Origin: Propionicimonas sp.
GTDB taxonomy: Bacteria; Actinomycetota; Actinomycetes; Propionibacteriales; Propionibacteriaceae
Assembly (NCBI GenBank): GCA_036770475.1
Contig: DAIPJC010000003.1
Location: 40,766 to 64,765, forward strand
DNA: 24,000 bases
Direction of reading: 5' to 3'
Of this stretch, positions 11,007 to 19,626 are shown piece by piece (positions within the stretch are counted from its first letter, which is position 1; the number at the start of each line of letters is the position of its first letter). The notes under the pieces were generated by a model, which saw only the letters and a list, made by a program, of their open reading frames with translations, ran no database searches and was not told where the DNA came from. Made by a program: the position numbers and the translations under genes.

Positions 11007-11821
11007 AGCGGCTGGGCCTGGTTGTCACCTACCTCGTCCTCCTGGTCGGGGCGGTGGTCAGCCTGCTGCCCTTCTGGTGGATGGCGATCGCGTCCACGCA
11101 CACCACGTCCGAGCTGTTCGCCACTCCCCTGCCGTGGCTGCCCGGACCGGAGCTGCTGGAGAACCTCGCCCGCCTGGAGCAGAGCACCGCTTTCGCGCGG
11201 GTGATGCTGAACTCGCTCGGCATCGCGGTCGTCTACACGGCGTTCAGCACGCTCGTGTCGGCGATGGCCGGGTACGGGTTGGCCAAGTTCCGGTTCCGCG
11301 GACGCGGGGTGCTGCTCGGGCTGGTGCTGCTGACGATGATGATCCCGATGCAGGTGCTGCTGGTGCCGCTGTTCCAGATGATGGCGAGCATCGGGTGGAT
11401 CGACAGCTACCAGGCGGTGATCCTGCCGTTCCTCGCCAACGCGTTCGGCATCTTCCTGATGCGGCAGGCGTTCCTGGACTTCCCCGACTCGCTGGTCGAG
11501 GCCTCCCGGATCGACGGTGCGGGCGAGCTGCGCACGTTCTACCGGGTGGTGCTGCCGGTGGCGCTGCCGCAGCTCGCAGCGCTGGTGATCTACACGTTCA
11601 TGAGCCAGTGGAACGCCTTCATCTGGCCGCTGCTGATGCTGAACACCGAGACCAGCTACACGGTGCCGCTGGCCCTCAACCGGATGATCGGACTCACCCA
11701 CGTGGACTACTCGGGGCTGATGCTCGGCTCGCTCCTGGCCACCCTTCCCCTGCTGCTGGTGTTCCTGTTCTTCCAGAAACAGTTCATCGCCGGGCTGCTG
11801 GGCGGTGCGGTGAAGGGCTGA
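11003..11821 (+). CDS. CUT1 ABC sugar transporter permease (MalG/UgpE-like)
   Basis: 272 aa with a GTG start in a GTGA overlap with the preceding stop. The EAA-loop is VEASRIDGAGELRTFYRVVLPVALP. Confidence 0.9.
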   Translation: MKRLGLVVTYLVLLVGAVVSLLPFWWMAIASTHTTSELFATPLPWLPGPELLENLARLEQSTAFARVMLNSLGIAVVYTAFSTLVSAMAGYGLAKFRFRGRGVLLGLVLLTMMIPMQVLLVPLFQMMASIGWIDSYQAVILPFLANAFGIFLMRQAFLDFPDSLVEASRIDGAGELRTFYRVVLPVALPQLAALVIYTFMSQWNAFIWPLLMLNTETSYTVPLALNRMIGLTHVDYSGLMLGSLLATLPLLLVFLFFQKQFIAGLLGGAVKG

Positions 11822-11920
11822 GCTCCGGCGTATCGGAGGCTGCTCAGCCTGTACGCGGGCTGGACCTCGTTCGCGACCGTGCTCGCCGCGGTCATCTGGT
11901 GGCGCAACCGGGAGCGCTGA
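11822..11920 (+). pseudogene. Orphan 3' gene fragment, C-terminus resembling TspO/MBR-family membrane proteins
   Basis: 32 sense codons lie directly after, and in frame with, the permease TGA (11819-11821): APAYRRLLSLYAGWTSFATVLAAVIWWRNRER*. 30 of 32 third positions are G/C, so it looks like decayed or truncated coding sequence rather than random spacer. There is no ATG, and the only in-frame GTG (11879-11881) lies just 13 sense codons before the stop. The pattern (P/L)Y-(A/L)-W-(T/V)-S-F-A-T-V-L-N/A---IW-(R)-N matches my recollection of the TspO C-terminal helix. Confidence 0.35.
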
Positions 11921-11925
11921 TCGGC

Positions 11926-12276
11926 TCAAGTCTCCGGCTCGTCCTTGCGCTGCCGCCTGGCGAGGAAGTCACGGTCGAAGTAGGTCGGCAGGTCGTCGTC
12001 CGGAGTGTCGGTGGCGCTCGTCGCCGGCTCGCCGGACGCCGGTTCGTCGTCGGGGGTGTCGTCCCAACCGGAGGGGTTGAACGGACGGCGCCCCCGCAGC
12101 AGCGCGTCCCGATCGAGCAGCGGGGCCGGGGCATCGTCCTCGGCCGGTGCGGCGGACGTCGGCCAGCCCGCTTCGTCCCCGTCGCCGACAACCTCCCGGT
12201 GGCGGCGGTGCAGCCACCAGGCGCCCGCGGCGGTGATCGCCACCAGGACGATCGCGATGACGAGAGCCGATTCCAC
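11926..12276 (-). CDS. Hypothetical small single-pass membrane protein with acidic, Pro-rich tail (116 aa)
   Basis: Part of track ORF 11926..12474. I prefer GTG 12276..12274, which is preceded by GGGAGG and a 5-nt spacer. It starts VESALVIAIVLVAITAAGAWWLHRRHRE (one TM helix followed by a positive patch), then a D/E/P-rich tail (DDTPDDEPASGEPATSATDTPDDDLPTYFDRDFL). Third-position G/C is high throughout. Confidence 0.55.
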   Translation of the reverse strand: MESALVIAIVLVAITAAGAWWLHRRHREVVGDGDEAGWPTSAAPAEDDAPAPLLDRDALLRGRRPFNPSGWDDTPDDEPASGEPATSATDTPDDDLPTYFDRDFLARRQRKDEPET

Positions 12277-12357
12277 GTCTGCCTCCCAGGTCCTCTGCCA
12301 CCATAACGGAGGAGTCCCCGCGGCGAATGCCGTGGGAAGGCAGGTGAGGAGGAAGCC

Positions 12358-13305
12358 ATGCGTACGCTCGTCGCCGAGCCGCTCCCCTCCCCGGCCCGCG
12401 TGCACGACAGCGCCCGCCCACGGCTGGTGGTGGGACTGGTGCAGACCCGCTGGCACGAGGACGCGGCCGAACACGCCGCCGTGCTCTCCGACGGAATCGC
12501 ATCAGCCGCCGCCGCAGGCGCAGAGGTAGTGTTCCTGCCCGAGCTGAGTCTGTTGCGCTACCCCGCGGACACCCGGCCGGACGTGCTTCCCGACGGGTCG
12601 GCCGAGCCGCTCGAGGACGGACCGACGTTCCAGTTCGCCGCTCGGTGCGCGTCGCAGAGCAACCTGCTCGTGCACGCGTCGCTGTACGAGCGCTCGGACG
12701 GCCCCGGCGGCCGCGGCTACAACACCGCGATCCTGGTCTCCCCCGACGGACGCCTGCTGGCGCGGACGCGCAAGCTGCACATCCCGATCACGACCGGCTA
12801 CTACGAGGACCAGTACTTCCGGCCCGGTCCGGCGGTCGACCCGCACCCAGTACTCGACCTGGCCGTGCCTTCGGCCGCGAAGGTCGGCCTGCCGACCTGC
12901 TGGGACGAGTGGTTCCCCGAACTCGCCCGTGCCTACGGCCTCGCCGGCGCGGAGGTGCTCGCCTTCCCTTCGGCGATCGGCTCCGAGCCCGACCACCCCG
13001 ACTTCGACACCGAACCACTGTGGCGGCAGGTGATCGTGGGCAACGCGATCACCAACGGACTGTTCATGGTGGTGCCGAACCGCTGGGGCGACGAGGGGCT
13101 GATCAGCTTCTACGGGTCGTCGTTCATCTGCGATCCCTACGGACGCATCCTCGTCCGGGCCCCGCGCTCGGCGGACGCGGCGCTCGTCGCGAGCCTCGAC
13201 CTGGCCCAGCGCCAGGACTGGCTGGACCTGTTCCCGTTCCTGGCCACGCGGCGCCCGGACACCTACGGCGTGCTCGTGGAGGGCGACACGGCCCGTCGAC
13301 CCTGA
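12358..13305 (+). CDS. Carbon-nitrogen hydrolase (nitrilase superfamily), N-carbamoylputrescine amidase-like
   Basis: 315 aa with RBS GAGGAGGA before the ATG. The E-K-C triad contexts are VVFLPELS, TRKLHIP and LPTCWDEWFPELAR. The stretch CWDEWFPE...AFPSAIGSEP is very close to the CWDQWFPE...PTAIGSEP pattern I recall for N-carbamoylputrescine amidases. Confidence 0.85.
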   Translation: MRTLVAEPLPSPARVHDSARPRLVVGLVQTRWHEDAAEHAAVLSDGIASAAAAGAEVVFLPELSLLRYPADTRPDVLPDGSAEPLEDGPTFQFAARCASQSNLLVHASLYERSDGPGGRGYNTAILVSPDGRLLARTRKLHIPITTGYYEDQYFRPGPAVDPHPVLDLAVPSAAKVGLPTCWDEWFPELARAYGLAGAEVLAFPSAIGSEPDHPDFDTEPLWRQVIVGNAITNGLFMVVPNRWGDEGLISFYGSSFICDPYGRILVRAPRSADAALVASLDLAQRQDWLDLFPFLATRRPDTYGVLVEGDTARRP

Positions 13306-14190
13306 TCAGCCGAAGGCGGCGATCTCGATCTTCTTCATCCGCATCAGCTTCTCGTAGGCCTCCGGCTTCGCCATCAGCTCGCCCAGGTTCTCCGGGATGA
13401 GCTGCCAGCTCAACCCAAACCGGTCAGCGCACCAGCCGCACTGCTCGGCCTCGGGGACGGAACTGAACTGCGACCAGTAGCGATCGAGCTCCTCCTGCCC
13501 GCGGCAGTACACCATCAGCGAGACCCCGCAGTCGAAGGTGAAGCCGTGGCCGGCCGAGTCCATGGTGGCGAACCACTGATCCAGCAGCTGGAAGTCGGCG
13601 AACATGATCTCCCCCGCCACCGGGCCGGCCTCCTCCGGATAGGTCGCCACGGTACCCACGCGTCCGTCGAACACCGACGTGTAGAAGTCCATCGCCTCCT
13701 GAGCCCGGCCCTGCACGGTGTGGCCGAACATGACGCTGGGGATGATGAACGGACGCGGGTCGCCGTCCGGATTGGTCAGCATCAGCTGCCAACTCACCCC
13801 GTACCGGTCCTGCATCCAGCCGTAGTGCGCGCTGAACGGGTATTCCTGCAGTGGCATCAGCGCTTGCCCGCCTTCGGAGAGCCGCTCCCACAGCTCGTCC
13901 AGGTGTTCCCTGGCCCGAGGGTCGACGGACGGGTCGAAGTTCACGAAGAACGACACCGAAGGGTTCGGACGGAACTCCGCGCCGGCATTGATCCCGATGA
14001 ACCGGTAGCCCGCCAACTCGAACTCCACCGTGAGCGCCTGCCCGGCGAACTCCTTCTGGAAGTCGAGCAGGCCCTCGGTCGGGTAGCGCACGGTGTCGAC
14101 CACCCGTCCGTCCGGGAAAGCCGACGTGTAGAACTCGGCCGCCTCAGCCGCCGTGTGGTCGAACCAGATGTTGGGCACGATCCGCTGCAT
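13306..14190 (-). CDS. VOC/glyoxalase-fold protein, tandem PhnB / 3-demethylubiquinone-9 3-methyltransferase-like domains
   Basis: 294 aa with an obvious internal duplication (IVPNIWFDHTAAEAAEFYTSAFPDGRVV vs IPSVMFGHTVQGRAQEAMDFYTSVFDGRVG, and both halves end in ...RYGVSWQL / ...RFGLSWQL). The RBS is GGAAGGAG. The gene is convergent with the hydrolase gene, and the two stops abut as TGATCA. Confidence 0.8.
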   Translation of the reverse strand: MQRIVPNIWFDHTAAEAAEFYTSAFPDGRVVDTVRYPTEGLLDFQKEFAGQALTVEFELAGYRFIGINAGAEFRPNPSVSFFVNFDPSVDPRAREHLDELWERLSEGGQALMPLQEYPFSAHYGWMQDRYGVSWQLMLTNPDGDPRPFIIPSVMFGHTVQGRAQEAMDFYTSVFDGRVGTVATYPEEAGPVAGEIMFADFQLLDQWFATMDSAGHGFTFDCGVSLMVYCRGQEELDRYWSQFSSVPEAEQCGWCADRFGLSWQLIPENLGELMAKPEAYEKLMRMKKIEIAAFG

Positions 14191-14264
14191 GTTGAGCTCC
14201 TTCCGCCGTCACCAGTTCTCTGTGGAGCCTACGGAGGCGTGCCGGGTCCGTCCAGACATCCGGC

Positions 14265-15017
14265 CTAGTGGAAGGAACTCGCCCCCGTGACCTCTGCCAC
14301 CAACTCGACTCCCGTGACGTCCGCCGTGCGATGGCCGGAGACGACTTTCCCGCCGCGCATCACCCAGACCTGCTGGGAGAGGCGCATGACCTGTTCGAAG
14401 TTGTGCGAGATGATCAGCACGGTGCGGCCCTGGTCCACGATGCGCTTGATCAGCGCTTCTACCTGCGCGCTCTCCCGCAGCCCGAGGGCCGCGGTGGGTT
14501 CGTCCATGATGACGAGGCTGCTGGACCACTTCACGGCCCGCGCGATGGCGACGGCCTGACGCTGCCCCCCGGACAACCGCTTCACCGTCTTCGTGACGGA
14601 CGGGACGTTGACCGCCAGCCCTTCGACCAGGCTCTGGGCCACCTGCCGCATCTCGCGCCGACGCTGGAAGCGGAACGGCCCGATTCCACTGGCAAGTTCA
14701 CGGTTGAGGAAGATGTTCTGCCACACGGTGAGCTGATCGGCCAGCGCCAGGTCCTGGTACACGGTCTCCACGCCGGCGTTGCGTGCTTCCAGGGGCGACG
14801 CGTAGTGCACGCGCCTGCCGTCGATGAGGATCTCCCCCGCATCGTGCGCGTGGTAGCCGCTGAGGCACTTGATCAGGGTGGACTTGCCCGCTCCGTTGTC
14901 CCCGACGATCGCGGTGACCTCGCCCGCGTTGGCGTGGAGAGTCGCTCCACGGAGCGCTTCGACGCTGCCGAAGGACTTGCGCAGGTCGTTGATCTCGATC
15001 TTGCGGTTCGTGGTCAC
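14265..15017 (-). CDS. CUT2-type sugar ABC transporter ATP-binding protein (single NBD)
   Basis: 250 aa with Walker A GDNGAGKST, signature LSGGQRQ and Walker B LVIMDEPTAAL. GTG start 15017 is in a GTGA overlap with the permease stop. Confidence 0.93.
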   Translation of the reverse strand: MTTNRKIEINDLRKSFGSVEALRGATLHANAGEVTAIVGDNGAGKSTLIKCLSGYHAHDAGEILIDGRRVHYASPLEARNAGVETVYQDLALADQLTVWQNIFLNRELASGIGPFRFQRRREMRQVAQSLVEGLAVNVPSVTKTVKRLSGGQRQAVAIARAVKWSSSLVIMDEPTAALGLRESAQVEALIKRIVDQGRTVLIISHNFEQVMRLSQQVWVMRGGKVVSGHRTADVTGVELVAEVTGASSFH

Positions 15018-15991
15018 TTGCGCCCCCTCATCAGCGTCGCGGCGGCGAGGACGACGATGCCGACCACCGCGGGTTCGTAGAAGGCCTGGACGCCGACCAT
15101 GGTGAGGCCGGTCTGCAGCACGGTCAGCAGGACCGCGCCGAGGACCGGCCCCCAGACGGTTGCCCGACCGCCGAAGAGACTCGTGCCGCCCAGCACCGTG
15201 GCGGCCACGGCCTTCATCACGTAGTCAGTATTGGTCGCGGGTTGGCTGGAGCCGATGTAGAGCACCATGAAGATCGACGCGAGGCCGGACATGGCGCCGC
15301 AGATCATGTAGCCGGCCAGCTTGGTCGCCGGGACGTTCAGGCCCATCGCCTTGCTGGCGTCCATGCTGTCGCCGACGGCGAGCAGGTGGGTGCCGATCGG
15401 CATGCGGGTGAGCAGCACCTGGAGCAGAACGGCCACCACGAGCACGATGAGAATGTTCAGGCGGAGGATGCCGACCGACTTCGACGAGATCGTGTCCAGC
15501 AGAGGGTCCGAGATCGGGACGGGGATGCCACCGGAGACGATGAGGCCGATGCCCTGGACGAGCCCCATGGTGGCAAGCGTCACGATCATGTCGGGGATCC
15601 GGACCCAGCCGACGAAGATTCCGTTGAGAAGACCGACGACCAGGCCCACACCCACGGCGAGGAGTGAGCTGATCCACACTCCCCAGCCGTTGGTGTAGCT
15701 GATTCCGAAAACCACGCTGCCCAGCGCGAGGGTCGCCGCCATCGACAGGTCGATACCGGCCAGCATCACGGCGAAGGTCATGCCGCAGGCCAGCAGGACG
15801 GCGATGGCGGCGTCCGCCAGCATTCCGTTCACGTTCCGCCAGGTGAGGAAGTAGGGCGAAAGGATGGAGAACGTGACGAAAGCGATCAGCAGGGCGACCG
15901 GCGCCGCCGCCTTCATCCATACCTCTTCGGTGAAGGCGTTCTGGCGGATGCTGGCGAACCGGGTGGACTGGTCGAGCGTGGATTCGGTCAT
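15014..15991 (-). CDS. CUT2-type sugar ABC transporter permease (RbsC/FrcC-like)
   Basis: 325 aa and highly hydrophobic, BPD_transp_2-like. The N-terminal region FTEEVWMKAAAPVALLIAFVTFSILSPYFLTWRNVNGML parallels the RbsC N-terminus as I recall it, which supports the long start at 15991. An alternative ATG (MKAAAP, about 15916) has a better RBS. Confidence 0.88.
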   Translation of the reverse strand: MTESTLDQSTRFASIRQNAFTEEVWMKAAAPVALLIAFVTFSILSPYFLTWRNVNGMLADAAIAVLLACGMTFAVMLAGIDLSMAATLALGSVVFGISYTNGWGVWISSLLAVGVGLVVGLLNGIFVGWVRIPDMIVTLATMGLVQGIGLIVSGGIPVPISDPLLDTISSKSVGILRLNILIVLVVAVLLQVLLTRMPIGTHLLAVGDSMDASKAMGLNVPATKLAGYMICGAMSGLASIFMVLYIGSSQPATNTDYVMKAVAATVLGGTSLFGGRATVWGPVLGAVLLTVLQTGLTMVGVQAFYEPAVVGIVVLAAATLMRGRK

Positions 15992-16008
15992 CAGGCCTGG
16001 TCAGTTCC

Positions 16009-17055
16009 TCAGTTGAACGGGTTCGGGACGGTGAACGATGCCGGCGGCGCCGGTGACGCCTCGAGGGCCTCGGCCGCGTTTGCCTTGGTCACGATCAGGG
16101 TCGGGGTGTCGACCCTCGCCGGCAGGGTTTTGCCCTTGCTCGCCTCCACGCAGGCCTGGACGGCCTGGTAGCCCATCAGGTACGGGAACTGTTCGACGGT
16201 GGCGGCGAGTTCGCCGTTCTTGATCGATTCCAGCTCTTCCTTCGTTCCGTCGATGCCGACCACCTTGACGTCGGTGCGGCCCTCCTGCTTGATGGCCTCC
16301 TGGATCCCCATCGCCTGGGTTCCGGCCGGGGTGAAGAAGCCCTTGACGTTCGGGTTGGCCCGCATGATCGCGGCGGCCTGGCTCTTCGCCTTCGCCCGGT
16401 CGGCGTCCGCGCTCACGGTCTGCACGACGTTGAGCTTGCCATCGACCACCGAATGGAAACCGGCCTGGCGCTGGATGTTGCCCGCGTCCTGAGCGAGGGT
16501 TCCGACGACGGCCACGTCAGAGCCCTGCGGCACGAGGTCGAGCATGGCCTTGCCGGCCTGGGCGCCCGCGTCCTTGTTCACGGTTCCGATGTAGGTGTTG
16601 ATCGTGACGCCCGCGGCCTTCGCTTTGGCCGCGTCCATCTCGAGGTCGATGTTGATCACCGTGGGGTTGCTCGCCGAGGCCAGCGGCTGGATCAGGTTGG
16701 TCGGGCTGGTGGGGTTGAGGATGTAGCAGTTGTACTGCGACCCGACGAGCGCCTCGAGCTTGGACGCCTGGCCACTGTCGTCGCTGACGTTCTGGGCCGC
16801 CGCAACCGTCAGATCGACGCCGAGGTCCTTGGCCGCCGCCTGGCCGCCCGTCACCATCGAGCCGAAGTACACGTTGTCGAGCGGCTTGGTGACGAACGCG
16901 ATCTTGATCGCCGCGGTCGACGCGGGCGACGACGCGCCCCCGCTGGCCGCGGGCGTCCCTGACGGGGTCGCTCCGCCGCTGCACGCCGCAAGGGTGGACA
17001 GCAGCGCGACGGTTACAGCAACAGCACCGCCACGATGCTTACGGATGATTCCCAC
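16009..17055 (-). CDS. Sugar-binding lipoprotein of CUT2 ABC transporter (periplasmic binding protein type I, RbsB/FrcB-like)
   Basis: 348 aa with GTG start 17055 preceded by GAGGAGGA. It has a signal peptide plus lipobox (LSTLAACSGG) and a Peripla_BP-like body (IKIAFVTKPLDNVYF...VVGIDGT). Confidence 0.9.
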   Translation of the reverse strand: MGIIRKHRGGAVAVTVALLSTLAACSGGATPSGTPAASGGASSPASTAAIKIAFVTKPLDNVYFGSMVTGGQAAAKDLGVDLTVAAAQNVSDDSGQASKLEALVGSQYNCYILNPTSPTNLIQPLASASNPTVINIDLEMDAAKAKAAGVTINTYIGTVNKDAGAQAGKAMLDLVPQGSDVAVVGTLAQDAGNIQRQAGFHSVVDGKLNVVQTVSADADRAKAKSQAAAIMRANPNVKGFFTPAGTQAMGIQEAIKQEGRTDVKVVGIDGTKEELESIKNGELAATVEQFPYLMGYQAVQACVEASKGKTLPARVDTPTLIVTKANAAEALEASPAPPASFTVPNPFN

Positions 17056-17137
17056 AGATCCTCCTCGTTGAGCTGAGTGCGGGTGTTCAGGCCACGTCCA
17101 GTGGTGCCCGCGTGGCCATCATGGCTCGGGGCTTCCC

Positions 17138-17161
17138 TTTCTGTCTACCGATAGACAGAAA
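17138..17161. promoter_or_regulatory. 24-bp AT-rich palindrome TTTCTGTCTA-CCGA-TAGACAGAAA upstream of the CUT2 operon (operator candidate)
   Basis: Perfect 10-bp arms are centred on a CG. The site lies 83-106 nt upstream of the SBP start (17055) and 7 nt downstream of the kinase stop. The same half-sites recur at 18524-18548. Confidence 0.55.
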
Positions 17162-17167
17162 TGTGAC

Positions 17168-18511
17168 CTATTCGTTGTCTTCCAACGGCATCGAGGCCGC
17201 ATCCGGCCACCATTCGAGCGTCGCCCCGGTGATGGCGGCCGCACCTCGTGCCCCGCTGTCGGCGAGCGCCGCCACCCGAATCGGGGAACTGGTCGCCGCA
17301 CGCTTCGCCGCCAGCCACAAGGAGGACCGGAGACCGCCGCCGGTAAGGACGAGCGGGCCCGAAGCCGCAGTTGCGCGGCGTATCTCCTGCTCGCCGACGG
17401 CGGCATCTCTCGCGTAGGCGTGGAGCAGGTCCGTCCAGGCGGCCCGCCACGTCGACAGAGCCGATTCGGGCGACAGGTCGCGGCGGCCGAGCGGAGTCGT
17501 GTCCCCACGCTCGAGTGCGCGGGCTTCGTCCCGGCTGAACGGGCGGACGCCGGCGTCCCATACGGCACTCTCCAGTTCGTCCCGCGACCGACCCGACGCG
17601 CCGATCACGGCGTCCATCGCCAACCCGGGACGCAGCCCTTCCCAGATCAGCAGCGGGTCCCCCGTGCTCGGCCAGGTCTCCACCGTGAAACCCCTTTCGA
17701 CAAGGTCCGACACCTCCGCCGCTGGTGGCGGCGCGGCCCAGGCGGCGAGCACGGGCTCGCCGGTCCCGAGCGAGTCCACGACGTCGCCCGCCGAACTGCC
17801 GGTGCCGACGGCAGCAACGGGATGGTCGTGGCCGGCGATGACGATCAGAGCGCCCCCAAGTCCGTCCTGCTCAGCCGTCCGTCCACGCGCACGGACCCCT
17901 GCTCCGGCCGGGAAGACCTCTGGCAACCGGACGTGGTCCAGTCCTGCAGCTGACCACAGGTCCGTCAACCACTCCCCCGTGACCGGGTCGTAGGCGCCGG
18001 ACGTCGCCGCGAGCGAAGCCTCCTGCCAGCGCGCCCCCGTCCACCGCTCGGCCAGAAGCCCGCAGAGGCCGAGGAAGCAGCCGTCCAGATCGTGGCCAGT
18101 TCCGGCCAGCCAGGCGAGCTTGGCCAGCGAGGACGTGGCCCGCACATGCCCGCCCGACCGCCCGTTGACCAGCGGCGACTGCTCCGTGAGGCGGCTTGCC
18201 ACGTCGGCGCCCCGATCATCGTGCCAGGCGGGAAACGCCGTCCCGGACCAGGCGCCGCCAGCGGTCAGCACAGCCCCGACCTCGCCCATGCTGGTCAGTC
18301 CGACCCCGGCGATCGCCCGCCCTCTCGCCGCCTCCCTGGCTGCCGTCCGCGCCGCCTCGACGACAGCGGGCACAGGGAAGTCCACCCCGAAGGGACCGAC
18401 GACGGACGGAGTGGGGATCCGGCCGTTGCCGACAACCCGGCCGCCGTGGTCGTACGCAGCGGCCTTGACCGACGAGCTGCCCACGTCGACGCCGATCACG
18501 ATCTCTGTCAT
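17168..18511 (-). CDS. FGGY-family carbohydrate kinase
   Basis: Track ORF 17168..18535. I prefer ATG 18511 (MTEIVIGVDVGSSSVKAAAYD), which has GGGAGA 4 nt upstream. The motifs are the N-terminal ATPase phosphate-1 motif GVDVGSSSVK, then later GHDHPVAAVGTG and VLTGGGLRS. Confidence 0.85.
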   Translation of the reverse strand: MTEIVIGVDVGSSSVKAAAYDHGGRVVGNGRIPTPSVVGPFGVDFPVPAVVEAARTAAREAARGRAIAGVGLTSMGEVGAVLTAGGAWSGTAFPAWHDDRGADVASRLTEQSPLVNGRSGGHVRATSSLAKLAWLAGTGHDLDGCFLGLCGLLAERWTGARWQEASLAATSGAYDPVTGEWLTDLWSAAGLDHVRLPEVFPAGAGVRARGRTAEQDGLGGALIVIAGHDHPVAAVGTGSSAGDVVDSLGTGEPVLAAWAAPPPAAEVSDLVERGFTVETWPSTGDPLLIWEGLRPGLAMDAVIGASGRSRDELESAVWDAGVRPFSRDEARALERGDTTPLGRRDLSPESALSTWRAAWTDLLHAYARDAAVGEQEIRRATAASGPLVLTGGGLRSSLWLAAKRAATSSPIRVAALADSGARGAAAITGATLEWWPDAASMPLEDNE

Positions 18512-18523
18512 ACGATCTCCCAA

Positions 18524-18548
18524 TTTCTGTCGCATTTCAGGACAGAAA
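18524..18548. promoter_or_regulatory. Inverted repeat TTTCTGTC-N9-GACAGAAA in the kinase / aldolase divergent region (operator candidate)
   Basis: It has the same 8-bp half-sites as 17138-17161, with a spacer of 9 instead of 8. It lies 13 nt upstream of the preferred kinase start and 69 nt upstream of the aldolase ATG. A further TGTCTAC half-site is at about 18570-18576. Confidence 0.5.
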
Positions 18549-18616
18549 GACTGTACTCTTCCGGTTGTTGTCTACATCATGGCCAACGCCGACACACCCA
18601 GACAGGGAGAAGAAAC

Positions 18617-19579
18617 ATGTCACTGGTCACACTCCGCCACGCGCTGGACCTCGCCAGGAAGGGTGGGTACGGCATTGGCGCGTTCAACGTCACCGACCTC
18701 ACCCAGGTCGAGGCCGTGCTGGACGCTGCGGCGGAGACGTCGTCGCCGGTGATCGTCCAGACGATCGTCGGCGCGTCCGCGCATCGCCGGGACGAGATCT
18801 TCTGGGCCTCGATCCTGCGCACGGTCGAGTTCTACCCCGAGCTGCCGGTCGTGGTTCATCTCGACCACGGTCCGACCGAGGCCGACTGCCGCCGCGCGGT
18901 CGACGCCGGCTTCAGCAGCGTCATGATCGACGGCAGCATCGACCATGCCACCGGCCGGATCAACTCCTTCGAGGAGAACGTCGAGGTCACCACGAAGGTC
19001 GTGGAGTACGCCCATGGTCACGGCGTCAGCGTGGAGGGCGAACTGGGCACCATCGGCGGCTCGAAGGACGGCCAGACCCGCGCGAAGATCGTCCTCGCCG
19101 ATCCCGAACAGGCCGAGTTGTTCGTCGCGCAGACCAACGTCGACGCCCTCGCGGTGGCCATCGGCACCTCGCACGGCGCGTACAAGTTCGACGCCCCGCC
19201 GGACGGATCCGTCCTGCACATGGATCTGATCACGGAGATCGCCACGAGAATCCCCCGCACCCACCTGGTCATGCACGGCTCCTCCTCGCTGCCCAAGCAC
19301 CTCCGCGATGTCATCAACGCGCACGGCGGCACCCTCCCTGAGTCGTGGGGCGTCCCGGAGGACGAGAAGGCCCGTTCCACCGAGTTGGGCGTCACGAAGC
19401 TGAACCAGGGCATGGACTCACACATGGCCTATATGGCGGCACTGCGGACCCAGCTCGCCGACGACGGGATGACCGTGGACCCGGCACCGGCGCTGGCCAA
19501 GGGGCGCGAGGCCATGCAGTCGATGGTCGCAGAGCGGATGCATGTGTTCGGTCAGGCGGGGCACGCCCACGACGAGTAG
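18617..19579 (+). CDS. Class II (metal-dependent) ketose-bisphosphate aldolase, CbbA/FbaA-like
   Basis: 320 aa from MSLVTLRHALDLARKGGYGIGAFNV (ATG 18617, RBS AGGGAGAAG), the C-terminal part of track ORF 18092..19579. The motifs are VVVHLDHG, EGELG, IGTSHGAYKF and LVMHGSSS. Confidence 0.9.
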   Translation: MSLVTLRHALDLARKGGYGIGAFNVTDLTQVEAVLDAAAETSSPVIVQTIVGASAHRRDEIFWASILRTVEFYPELPVVVHLDHGPTEADCRRAVDAGFSSVMIDGSIDHATGRINSFEENVEVTTKVVEYAHGHGVSVEGELGTIGGSKDGQTRAKIVLADPEQAELFVAQTNVDALAVAIGTSHGAYKFDAPPDGSVLHMDLITEIATRIPRTHLVMHGSSSLPKHLRDVINAHGGTLPESWGVPEDEKARSTELGVTKLNQGMDSHMAYMAALRTQLADDGMTVDPAPALAKGREAMQSMVAERMHVFGQAGHAHDE

Positions 19580-19626
19580 CCGGAAACCCGGCGACCGCCG
19601 GCCGTGTGTCGGCTAGCGTGCCTGCC

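Noticed and set aside
10619-12306. 436-aa minus ORF (10619..11929) and 445-aa plus ORF (10969..12306) overlapping the permease genes and downstream region
   Set aside because: Both are shadow or off-frame reads with His/Arg/Gln/Pro-rich composition. The permease frames carry EAA loops and TM segments.
17138-17161. Rho-independent terminator of the kinase gene
   Set aside because: The stem is AT-rich and no U-tract follows on the minus strand. The same half-sites recur upstream of the kinase at 18524-18548, so an operator role is more likely, although a dual role is not excluded.
18092-18616. Long N-terminal extensions in track ORFs for the aldolase (18092), LacI regulator (19345), STAND protein (20961), GntR (7765), SBP (4006) and EbgC-like protein (4927)
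   Set aside because: The extensions overlap neighbouring genes or promoter regions and have poor composition. Internal starts with RBS-like sequences coincide with the beginning of family-typical sequence.
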